A stretch of 32,000 nucleotides of DNA. Origin: Geotalea uraniireducens Rf4. Its GTDB lineage: Bacteria; Desulfobacterota; Desulfuromonadia; Geobacterales; Geobacteraceae. The stretch lies in NCBI RefSeq assembly GCF_000016745.1, contig NC_009483.1, positions 1,320,001 through 1,352,000 of the forward strand, given 5' to 3'. The position numbers and the translations under genes are program-made. The notes below the pieces were generated by a model. That model searched no databases. It saw nothing but the letters and a program-made list of their open reading frames with translations, and was not told the origin of the DNA. Shown one piece after another: positions 17,269 through 24,349 of this stretch; the first letter of the stretch is position 1, and each line of letters begins with the position of its first letter.

Positions 17269-17502
17269 ATGAGAAAGGCGAGTGAAAATATCAGGGCCAT
17301 TCTTGCCGAGAACATACGTAACTTCAGGCACAAGAAGAACTTCTCACAAGAAGAATTGGCTGAAAAATGTGGCCTTCACCGGACCTATATCGGTTCTGTA
17401 GAGCGTGGCGAACGTAACGTTACGTTGAGCACCCTGGAAGTGCTGGCGTCGACTCTCGGCGTCTCCGTACCGGAACTGTTAAGCAAAGATGCCAGGCCTT
17501 AA
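17269..17502 (+). CDS. XRE-family HTH protein of the R-M controller (C-protein) type
   Basis: 77 aa. NFSQEELAEKCGLHRTYIGSVERGERNVTLSTLEVLASTLGVSVPELL matches the GLHRTYIGxxERGERNxSL signature typical of C proteins. Confidence 0.85.
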   Translation: MRKASENIRAILAENIRNFRHKKNFSQEELAEKCGLHRTYIGSVERGERNVTLSTLEVLASTLGVSVPELLSKDARP

Positions 17503-17535
17503 GACCATTTCTTGTGTCAAAAGGACTATAGACTT

Positions 17536-17976
17536 ATGAGCAGCCAACAAACAGCCAAAGTTGCCGCAGAATTACTTGCCAGCACTGACCCTCTCGTTCG
17601 TATTCCTACCAAAAAGGAAAAAAGAAATTTGCTTATGGCTTTTGCAAGCAAAAACAAGGTTATTTACGGAAATGCTTTTGATGCAGTCAGGCTGCAAAAG
17701 AACATTGATTTGAATGATATTGAATCAGTGATACACAATATCGATTGCATAACCTTGATAGAAGTAAAATCAACAAGCAAGGAAAATATAGATGGCAGCT
17801 TTTCCGGATATTTCTTTGGACTGACTACGGCCGAACTATTAGTCGCTCAAAATCTTGGCGACAAGTACCGGTTTATTTTCGTAAATACCTTGACCGGTGG
17901 GTGTATGGAACTGAAACTGAATGAGATATTCGCTAAAGCTAAAGGCATTTATCCGCAATGGAGCATCAGTTTTTAA
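17536..17976 (+). CDS. small PD-(D/E)xK nuclease-fold protein (DUF3883/NOV-C-like), AT-rich
   Basis: NIDCITLIEVKSTSK (D...EVK) followed by FFGLTTAELLVAQNLGDKYRFIFV resembles the restriction-endonuclease-like EVKxT...LTxxE...Y.LY.V pattern. It sits directly downstream of the C gene, the position of R in C-R operons. The region is visibly more AT-rich than its flanks. An alternative TTG start lies at 17512. Confidence 0.6.
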   Translation: MSSQQTAKVAAELLASTDPLVRIPTKKEKRNLLMAFASKNKVIYGNAFDAVRLQKNIDLNDIESVIHNIDCITLIEVKSTSKENIDGSFSGYFFGLTTAELLVAQNLGDKYRFIFVNTLTGGCMELKLNEIFAKAKGIYPQWSISF

Positions 17977-18133
17977 CATTCTGAACTCATTTGTTTTTAC
18001 GCTCCCACCTGCCCCCCTTCACCCGCTCAACCCCGCCCATCAACTCACTCTTCTCCGGGGAGATCGCCTTAAAAAAATGGAATGTAAACTCAAATGGGTT
18101 TGACGGCATCGGCGCCTCGTTGTGAATCATCCC

Positions 18134-18230
18134 GCGCCCTGCCAGGGCGCTTACTATTTATCTTCCATTTATTCCGTGGGTTGCCGCGCTGCGGCTACCC
18201 ACGGCTGATTTCCATTGCCCCTTTGGGGCA
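18134..18230. repeat. cluster of three GC-rich perfect or near-perfect hairpins (REP-like)
   Basis: GCGCCCTG-c-CAGGGCGC at 18134-18150, CCGTGGGTtGCCGCgctGCGGCtACCCACGG at 18174-18204 and TGCCCC-ttt-GGGGCA at 18216-18230. Confidence 0.6.
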
Positions 18231-18287
18231 TGAATCCTTGAATTTGGATTTTTCCGACAATTGATCCCGATCCGGTGATTCTTTGGG

Positions 18288-18689
18288 CTACGTTTCCCAA
18301 TCCTCGATCTTCAAGCCATCCACGCGCGAAAACTCTCTTGAATTGTGTGTCACCACAACCGCTCCGTGTACTGACGCAATGGACGCGATCATCAAGTCGT
18401 TTGGTCCTATTGGCGTTCCCTGCCGGGAAAGTGTCGCACGTATTTCACCATATCTTCTGGCTGCATCATCATCAAAGGTGAGTGACTCGAAGTTGGCAAA
18501 CAGCTCCTCGATAAGCGCCAGGTTTTCCTCCGAACGGCTGCTCTTCAACGCTCCATAGTACAATTCGGCTTTTACAACCGAACAGAATCGCATTGTTACA
18601 GGATCTACAGTCAGGAAATGTTCTTTAACCCGGTTTTCGCCAGGGTTCAGGAAACGAATCCATGCATTCGTGTCAGGGAGAAAGATCAT
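18288..18689 (-). CDS. vapC: PIN-domain toxin VapC
   Basis: MIFLPDTNAWIRFL... with conserved acidic PIN residues and THNSREF near the C-terminus. It overlaps the upstream antitoxin gene by 4 nt. Confidence 0.88.
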   Translation of the reverse strand: MIFLPDTNAWIRFLNPGENRVKEHFLTVDPVTMRFCSVVKAELYYGALKSSRSEENLALIEELFANFESLTFDDDAARRYGEIRATLSRQGTPIGPNDLMIASIASVHGAVVVTHNSREFSRVDGLKIEDWET

Positions 18690-18919
18690 TTGAATTCCTC
18701 ACGGGTTTCATATTCCCCCTGTTCTTCCCGCACTACCGGCTCTCCGGCCCACGCACCGGCAAAACGCGCAAGCTTTGAAGCGGTTGCCTTGACAGCGCGG
18801 GGGGGCGGGGCCTCCTCATCGAGAGGGAGCAGGATGACCTCTACCCGGCGATGCTGCAATTCCTTCGGCATTTTTAATACATCCGGCAACTGTTTATACA
18901 CTTTTCGTATGGCTTCCAT
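18686..18919 (-). CDS. vapB: VapB-type antitoxin (DUF2281-like)
   Basis: 77 aa encoded immediately upstream of vapC. AGGAG RBS. The C-terminal FAGAWAGEPVVREEQGEYETREE is a typical antitoxin tail. Confidence 0.75.
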   Translation of the reverse strand: MEAIRKVYKQLPDVLKMPKELQHRRVEVILLPLDEEAPPPRAVKATASKLARFAGAWAGEPVVREEQGEYETREEFK

Positions 18920-19087
18920 TGTCTTTGCTCCTTTCCAATCGGAAGAAAAACCGGGGCAGCTTCATTTCCAGTCTGCCACATACTCTTCACGGGCGGCATC
19001 ATGAAAAATGAGTCTATCCATGCACCTTGCCAGTCACTCATGCCTGTTCCAGGCAAATGCCCTTTGCTTCCACCCCAATGCCCGCCT

Positions 19088-19525
19088 CTATCCGCCGAAA
19101 GAGTTTTCCACTATCACTGCAAGAAAAGTGGCAGGATCAACGATCCTGATTCCCTGAAATGATTTCAGGTCCTTGAGATGGCGGTCACCGGAGACGATGA
19201 AATCGGCTTTGCCCTCGATTGCGCAGACAAGGTACTTGGTGTCGTCGGCGTCCGCCTTGATGGGATCGAGGGGGAGCGTGCCGGGGGTGATGACGGCTAC
19301 CGCCCTCAGTTTTTTCACAAAATCGGCCAAGTAGTCGTCCGATCTGTTGAGGCGGTTACGGATCTTCGGGTAGGTGAGGACGCGCAGGATTTCATCGCAG
19401 ATCGTCTCGGACAGGAGGAGAATGACCTTTTCTTCCCGGACGAGCCGCATGATTGCATCAGGATTTGAGCCCGGCTTCAGCAGGGCGCTGACAAACTGGT
19501 TGGCATCGAGGACGACCCGCACCAT
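19088..19525 (-). CDS. PIN-family toxin (TIGR00305-like)
   Basis: MVRVVLDANQFVSALL... and DTKYLVCAIEGKADFIVSGDRHL, the pattern of stand-alone PIN toxins. It starts 4 nt after the YefM-like gene. Confidence 0.82.
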   Translation of the reverse strand: MVRVVLDANQFVSALLKPGSNPDAIMRLVREEKVILLLSETICDEILRVLTYPKIRNRLNRSDDYLADFVKKLRAVAVITPGTLPLDPIKADADDTKYLVCAIEGKADFIVSGDRHLKDLKSFQGIRIVDPATFLAVIVENSFGG

Positions 19526-19528
19526 CGG

Positions 19529-19795
19529 TTAGCGCCCTGCCGCACTGACGGCTTCCTCGACATCCTTATCAATGCTCTCTTCGTCGCCACCCGTTGCCTC
19601 TGTCTGCAATTCCTCGTACATGCGAAAGAACTCGTCCCGCTCCCGCTTCATACTCAGGTACTTCTCGATGGGAATGATTGCGACCAAGGGCTTCCCTGCC
19701 CGTTCCACGATGTATTCGTCGGACTTCAGCGCCACCTCGTTCATGACCTGGCCAAGGTTCTGGCGGACTTTGATGGCCGATACCTTTTTTAACAT
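19529..19795 (-). CDS. Phd/YefM-family antitoxin
   Basis: MLKKVSAIKVRQNLGQVMNEVALKSDEYIVERAGKPLVAIIPIEKY is a typical YefM N-domain. GAGGTG RBS. Confidence 0.85.
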   Translation of the reverse strand: MLKKVSAIKVRQNLGQVMNEVALKSDEYIVERAGKPLVAIIPIEKYLSMKRERDEFFRMYEELQTEATGGDEESIDKDVEEAVSAAGR

Positions 19796-19812
19796 TTCTT
19801 CACCTCGTGACA

Positions 19813-19861
19813 GTCATTACAACCATTATGGTCATTATGGTTGTAGTGACTGATTTGTCAA
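19813..19861 (-). promoter_or_regulatory. promoter plus palindromic operator of the YefM-PIN module
   Basis: The 38-bp palindrome GTCATTACAACCATTATGG/TCATTATGGTTGTAGTGAC (19813-19850) pairs 16 of 19 positions. The minus strand reads TTGACA (19861-19856)-N16-CATAAT, which overlaps the palindrome. Confidence 0.55.
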
Positions 19862-19914
19862 GCGGTAAAGAGACCTATGAAATTCGCAAATCGCAAAAGG
19901 TGCATAAATGTAAG

Positions 19915-20196
19915 TCACGTTTCCACCGTCGCCAGCTGCCAGATATGCGTCGTGGCGTTGTAGGTCAGCTCGTAGAGGTCGGCGCCGTCACTGACTGCGA
20001 AGTGCAGGCGGACGGCGCTTCCTTCCCGTTCATCCCAGCAGCAGGTGATCTCCTGCACGGTATGTTTTTGCTGACGCCAGTCGAACCAGACCGGTCTGAT
20101 GCGGTTGCCCGGCCCGAAGATGGCGGCGACCCGGATATGTTCCCGTATTTGTTGTAACATAATTGACGGTTCACCTTTCATGTCTTGTGAGGTCAT
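19915..20196 (-). CDS. small hypothetical protein translationally coupled to lexA
   Basis: ATG 20196-20194 overlaps the lexA TGA 20195-20193 (ATGA). The 93-aa sequence includes ...IRPVWFDWRQQKHTVQEITCCWDEREGSAVRLHFAVSDGADLYELTYN.... An alternative start is M13 at 20160. Confidence 0.6.
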   Translation of the reverse strand: MTSQDMKGEPSIMLQQIREHIRVAAIFGPGNRIRPVWFDWRQQKHTVQEITCCWDEREGSAVRLHFAVSDGADLYELTYNATTHIWQLATVET

Positions 20197-20798
20197 TCAA
20201 GCGAGCGGAAGATGCCGGTTACCTTGCCGATTATGTTCACCTCGCCGGCTTTTGCCTTGACGATGATCGGTTCCATGGCGCTGTTCTCCGGCTGGAGACG
20301 GATACGGTCCTTTTCCCGGAAGAAACGCTTCAGGGTGGCCTCGTCGTTTATCCGTGCAACGACGATGTCGCCGTTGTCGGCTGTTGCCTGGGGACGGACG
20401 AGGGCCAGGTCCCCGGAGCGGATGCCCGCCTCGATCATGGAGTCACCCTTGACCCGGAGGAAGAAGCAGTCAGCACCTTTGACTAGGGCACGGTCAACGG
20501 CGAAATACCCCTCGATGTCCTCGATGGCCGGCTGCAAGGCCCCGGCCCGCACCACTCCGACTATGGGGATGGAGGTGGCCGCGACTGCGCCGACGAGGAC
20601 GATGCCCCGGGAGCTGCCGGCGTTTCTGGTGATGAATCCCTTCCGCTCCAGGGCATCCAGGTGTTTCATGACGCCGAGGGTGCCGTTGATGCCGAGATGG
20701 CCGCCGATTTCCCGCAGGGTGGGAGGATAGCCGTGGCTTTCCAGGTGGGCGGAGATGAACGCGAGCACCATCTGTTGCCGGGGGGTGAGTTTCTCCAT
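20193..20798 (-). CDS. lexA: LexA repressor
   Basis: MEKLTPRQQMVLAFISAHLESHGYPPTLREIG (wHTH), an Ala-Gly cleavage region (VVRAGAL), and S24 peptidase motifs VKGDSMIEAGI and GDIVVARI...ATLKRF. ATG 20798 has a GGAG RBS. The track TTG start at 20819 is rejected. Confidence 0.93.
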   Translation of the reverse strand: MEKLTPRQQMVLAFISAHLESHGYPPTLREIGGHLGINGTLGVMKHLDALERKGFITRNAGSSRGIVLVGAVAATSIPIVGVVRAGALQPAIEDIEGYFAVDRALVKGADCFFLRVKGDSMIEAGIRSGDLALVRPQATADNGDIVVARINDEATLKRFFREKDRIRLQPENSAMEPIIVKAKAGEVNIIGKVTGIFRSLE

Positions 20799-20810
20799 AG
20801 GGTCTCCGTC

Positions 20811-20828
20811 AGTTGTCAAATGATAACC
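20811..20828 (-). promoter_or_regulatory. Geobacter-type LexA box
   Basis: The minus strand reads GGTTATCATTTGACAACT. The published G. sulfurreducens box is GGTT-N2-C-N4-G-N3-ACC (from memory). Only the last base differs. The box sits between the -10 hexamer and the lexA RBS. Confidence 0.6.
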
Positions 20829-20829
20829 A

Positions 20830-20858
20830 ATTGTACGGTGATAGTGTCATGCTGTCAA
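20830..20858 (-). promoter_or_regulatory. sigma70 promoter of lexA
   Basis: The minus strand reads TTGACA (20858-20853)-N17-TACAAT (20835-20830), immediately upstream of the LexA box. Confidence 0.65.
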
Positions 20859-20943
20859 GGGGAGAAGATTACCCTGTCGGTCCTGATATGCATCAAAGGT
20901 TGACAAATCGGGCTCTTGCAGGGAAAATGAGAAATAACTTTTT

Positions 20944-22257
20944 GTGCGGAGGAACCGTTTGGATACCGTATCCCTGGAATTGCTTGTTATTTTCATTCTT
21001 ATCGTGGTTAACGGTTTTTTTTCCTGTTCCGAGTTTGCCATAATTTCCATCAGGAAAAGCAGGATTGCCCAACTTGTTGCGGCGGGTGACGAGCGGGCCA
21101 GGATATTGGACGAGCAGAGGAATGATCCCCATCGCCTCCTGGCCATCGTCCAGATCGGCGTAACTGTCGTCGGTTCCACGGCCTCGGCGGTAGGGGGGAT
21201 CATTGCTGCAGAGCACCTGAAACCGGTCTTGCTGGCGACGCCCTATGAGCTGGTAAGAAACGCGGCGGAACCTCTTTCGATAACTGTTGTTGTAGTTATT
21301 ATCTCTTACCTTAGCCTGATCCTCGGTGAGTTGGTCCCCAAAACCATCGGCCTGCAGTATGCCGATACCGTTGCTCTCAGGGTTGCAAAGCCGATTAATG
21401 TACTGGAAAAAATAGGGAGCGTCGCGGTTTCCTTCCTGACCGTGTCGAGCAAAACTGTCCTTTGGCTGATGCGGATCAAGGTCGAGGGGCGGGCCTTCAT
21501 TACCCGTGAGGAGGTACAGCACATCGTTGCCGAGGGGCATGAAAGCGGGGTGTTCAGCGCGGCCGAAAGCGAGTACATCAGGAATATCTTCGATTTCACC
21601 CATACCAGTGTCCGCGAGGTGATGGTGCCGCGCACCAGGATGGCCGCCCTGGACCTGGATATGCCTCGTGAGGAGATGCTTCGCTTTATCCTGGAAAACC
21701 AGTATTCCCGCTATCCGGTCTTCCGGGGGAGTATTGAAAATATCGCCGGAGTTATCCATGGCAAGGATTTTCTGGGGCGGATTGTCACTGAGCCGGAGTT
21801 CGACATCAACGCCATCGTCCGTTCCCCGTTTTATGTGCCGGAAGGGAAAAGGGTCAATGACCTGCTGAAGGAGATGCAGCGGAAGAGGAGCCATATGGCG
21901 CTGGTGGTTGACGAGTACGGTGGGCTCAGCGGTCTTGTCACAACCGAGGACCTGCTTGAGGAACTGGTGGGGGAAATCGAAGACGAGCACGACATCGGCG
22001 AACCCCGCCGCGTGCAAAGGCTTGCCGATGGGAGCCTCATCGTGGATGCCCTGATTTCCATCAACGATCTGGAAGATCTGCTCAACGTCAAGCTGGCTCA
22101 AGATATCCCTTACGATACCCTTGCCGGGCTGATACTGGACCAGTTGGGACGTTTCCCGGAAAAGGGGGAAAAATTGGAGTGGAACGATTTTACCCTGGTC
22201 TGCGAAGAGGTAAAGAAAACGTCAATCGTGAAGGTGAGGATTGTTGAAAAGCGGTGA
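20944..22257 (+). CDS. CNNM/TlyC-family membrane protein (DUF21 + CBS pair + CorC_HlyC domain)
   Basis: LELLVIFILIVVNGFFSCSEFAIISIRKSRI (DUF21), a CBS region (VREVMVPRTRM..., VVDEYGGLSGLVTTEDLLEELVGEIEDEHD) and a CorC_HlyC C-terminus. The start may be TTG 20959, which lies 6 nt after GGAGG, rather than GTG 20944. Confidence 0.9.
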   Translation: MRRNRLDTVSLELLVIFILIVVNGFFSCSEFAIISIRKSRIAQLVAAGDERARILDEQRNDPHRLLAIVQIGVTVVGSTASAVGGIIAAEHLKPVLLATPYELVRNAAEPLSITVVVVIISYLSLILGELVPKTIGLQYADTVALRVAKPINVLEKIGSVAVSFLTVSSKTVLWLMRIKVEGRAFITREEVQHIVAEGHESGVFSAAESEYIRNIFDFTHTSVREVMVPRTRMAALDLDMPREEMLRFILENQYSRYPVFRGSIENIAGVIHGKDFLGRIVTEPEFDINAIVRSPFYVPEGKRVNDLLKEMQRKRSHMALVVDEYGGLSGLVTTEDLLEELVGEIEDEHDIGEPRRVQRLADGSLIVDALISINDLEDLLNVKLAQDIPYDTLAGLILDQLGRFPEKGEKLEWNDFTLVCEEVKKTSIVKVRIVEKR

Positions 22258-22280
22258 ACTGCGGTCGGTGAACTGCGGTC
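22253..22280 (+). repeat. tandem 14-bp direct repeat (GGTGAACTGCGGTC x2) overlapping the stop codon
   Basis: Copies at 22253-22266 and 22267-22280, followed by the degenerate ggtggtcgatggtc. The TGA at 22255-22257 lies inside copy 1. Confidence 0.7.
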
Positions 22281-22315
22281 GGTGGTCGATGGTCGGTAGT
22301 TGCTGGTGGATGGTG

Positions 22316-22344
22316 GGGGCGCCTCTTGTGGGCGCCCCTTTTTT
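22316..22344 (+). terminator. rho-independent terminator
   Basis: GGGGCGCC-tcttgtg-GGCGCCCC forms an 8-bp GC stem followed by TTTTTT. It lies between the convergent CNNM-type and terC genes. Confidence 0.75.
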
Positions 22345-22348
22345 ATTG

Positions 22349-23281
22349 TCATCCGTGCAGTTTCTTCTCTTTTCTGCTGCCGATGGTTATCGAGGTGAGG
22401 ATGGAAATGGTCAAGACGCCGACTATCATCCCCAGCGAAAAATAAATGGAGATATGGTAGATATCGGTGAGGAGCATCTTGACGCCGACGAAGGCTAGGA
22501 TGAACGAGATCCCCAGTTTGAGATAAACGAACATCTCCATGACGTGGGCCAGCAGGTAGTATAGGGATCTGAGCCCCATGATGGCGAATACGTTGGATGT
22601 ATAGACGATAAACGGGTCGTGGGTTACGGCAAGGACTGCCGGGATTGAATCAACGGCGAAGATTACGTCGCTCGACTCCACTACGAGCAGGGTCAGGAAC
22701 AGCGGGGTGGCGGCCAGGATTCCACCTTTCCTGATGAAAAAACGGTCATCCCGCACCCGTTTGGTGATCGGGACGAACTTCCTTACGATTCGTACCAGGA
22801 GGTTCTTTTCCGGCTCGATCTTTTCCTCGCCGCCGAAAGCCATTTTTATGCCGGTAATGACCAAAAGTCCGCCGAAGACGTAGATCATCCAGTGGAACCG
22901 TTCAATCAGCTCGATCCCTACCAGGATGAAAATCGCCCGCATCAGCAGCGCGCCGATGATGCCCCATTTCAATATCTTTGGCTGGTGTATCTTGGAGATA
23001 TGGAAATAGGAAAAAATCATGATGAAGACGAAGAGGTTGTCGACGGAGAGAGATTCCTCGATGATATAGCCGGTAAAGAACTCCAGCGCCTTGGTCGGCC
23101 CCAGGTAAAAATAGACCCCGGCGTTGAAGAGGAGTGCCAGCGAAACCCAGACGAGAGTCCAGGTCAGTGCCTCGCGAAATCTGATTTCATGGCTTTTGCG
23201 GTTGAATATGCCGATGTCGAGGATGAACATGACCGTCATAACAACGGCAAAGGAAATCCACATGATGGTTTGGGTGGACAT
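22349..23281 (-). CDS. terC: TerC-family integral membrane protein (Alx/YkoY-like)
   Basis: Multi-TM protein with the TerC signature region YIIEESLSVDNLFVFIMIF and a second repeat, ESSDVIFAVDSIPAVLAVT. Confidence 0.9.
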   Translation of the reverse strand: MSTQTIMWISFAVVMTVMFILDIGIFNRKSHEIRFREALTWTLVWVSLALLFNAGVYFYLGPTKALEFFTGYIIEESLSVDNLFVFIMIFSYFHISKIHQPKILKWGIIGALLMRAIFILVGIELIERFHWMIYVFGGLLVITGIKMAFGGEEKIEPEKNLLVRIVRKFVPITKRVRDDRFFIRKGGILAATPLFLTLLVVESSDVIFAVDSIPAVLAVTHDPFIVYTSNVFAIMGLRSLYYLLAHVMEMFVYLKLGISFILAFVGVKMLLTDIYHISIYFSLGMIVGVLTISILTSITIGSRKEKKLHG

Positions 23282-23310
23282 TGAGTACTCCGTAAAGATG
23301 GTGAAAGGTA

Positions 23311-23343
23311 GTGAAGGGTGAAAAAGTCTTTTTCACCCTTCAC
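23311..23343 (-). terminator. strong hairpin between htpX and terC (attenuator or stability element; no clear U-tract)
   Basis: GTGAAGGGTGAAAAAG/CTTTTTCACCCTTCAC has near-perfect 16-nt arms. On the minus strand it is followed by tacctttcacc rather than a T-run. Confidence 0.4.
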
Positions 23344-23401
23344 GCGTGGCCGTATCTGTAGAATCGTTATCTTGTGCTGACCAAGCCGGTGCAGGCGATG
23401 A

Positions 23402-24259
23402 TCAGCGCAACGGCCTGTATGCCATGGCCTCCAGTTTTGCGATCCTTTCTTCCATGGGGGGGTGGGTGGAGAAGAGCTTGAGCAGGGCGCCGCCGGTCAG
23501 CGGGTTGACGATGAAGAGATGGGCCGTTGCCGGTCGGGCTTCCTCCATGGGAAGCATCCGCGAGGCGCTATCCAGCTTGCGCAGGGCATTGGCCAGCGAT
23601 AACGGATTGCCGCAGATCCTGGCCCCCGACTCGTCGGCAAGGTATTCCCGGGAGCGGGAAACGGCCATCTGGATCAGCATGGCGGCAATGGGCGCGATGA
23701 TGGCCATTGCCAGGCCGCCGAGCATGCCTCCTCCTTCCTCGTCGTTGTCCCGGCCGCCGCCGAAGATGGCAGCCCACTGGAGCATGTTGCCGAGCATGGA
23801 GATGGCGCCTGCGATGGTGGCCGCGATGGTGGAGATGAGGATGTCGCGGTTCTTCACATGGGACAGCTCGTGGGCCATGACCCCTTCCAGTTCCTCCGGT
23901 GTGAGGATGCGGAGGATCCCTTGTGTTGCTGCGACGGCGGCATGATCGGGATTGCGGCCGGTGGCGAAGGCGTTGGGGCTTTCCGACGGGATGACGTAGA
24001 CCCGGGGCATGGGAAGCCCGGCCTGGACGGCGAGTCGCCGCACCATGCCGTAGAAGGCCGGATTCTCCGCTTCCGTGATCTCCTGGGCGCCGTACATGCG
24101 GAGGACGATTTTGTCGGAAAACCAGTAGGAGAAGACGTTCATGGCGCAGGCCATGAAAAAGGCGAAGACCATGCCGCTTCTGCCGCCGATGGCGCTCCCC
24201 ATGGCTACCATGAGGAGGGTGAGGCAGGTAAGGAGAAGGGTTGTTTTGAGCCTGTTCAT
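23402..24259 (-). CDS. htpX: M48-family zinc metalloprotease HtpX
   Basis: N-terminal TM helices, [10 protein letters not shown] and the [10 protein letters not shown] zinc motif. A GGAGG RBS lies 8 nt upstream of ATG 24259. Confidence 0.92.
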
Positions 24260-24293
24260 TGTGATTACCTCCGATTGTGTGAAATCCGCCGGG

Positions 24294-24349
24294 GTAAATA
24301 AAAAAGACCTTTACCCAGGCGTGGTGATATCGCGTTGGATAAAGGTCTT
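24294..24349 (-). terminator. riboswitch expression platform: terminator that sequesters the 3' P1 strand
   Basis: On the minus strand, AAGACCTTTA (24349-24340) pairs with TAAAGGTCTT (24313-24304) and is followed by TTTTTATTTA. The 5' arm is the closing-helix strand of the aptamer. Confidence 0.65.

Noticed and set aside
17987-18109. 40-codon minus-strand ORF MPSNPFEFTFHFFKAISPEKSELMGGVERVKGGRWERKNK with a GAGG RBS
   Set aside because: It is too short and unrecognised to call from sequence alone. I mention it only as a candidate in the finding on 17977-18287.
15679-19914. Looked for an integrase, transposase, tRNA attachment site or clear direct repeats bounding the accessory islet
   Set aside because: None was recognised by eye. 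The insertion hypothesis therefore rests on synteny knowledge and gene content only.
20893-22101. 402-aa ORF on the minus strand
   Set aside because: It is entirely antisense to the well-supported CNNM/CBS/CorC gene. Its composition (His/Pro/Gly/Arg-rich, no recognisable motifs) is typical of a shadow ORF in GC-rich DNA.
23282-23401. Expected a yybP-ykoY riboswitch directly upstream of terC
   Set aside because: Only a strong hairpin (23311-23343) is present, with no GGGGAGTAG or GCAAGACC blocks. The riboswitch is instead upstream of htpX at 24339-24451.
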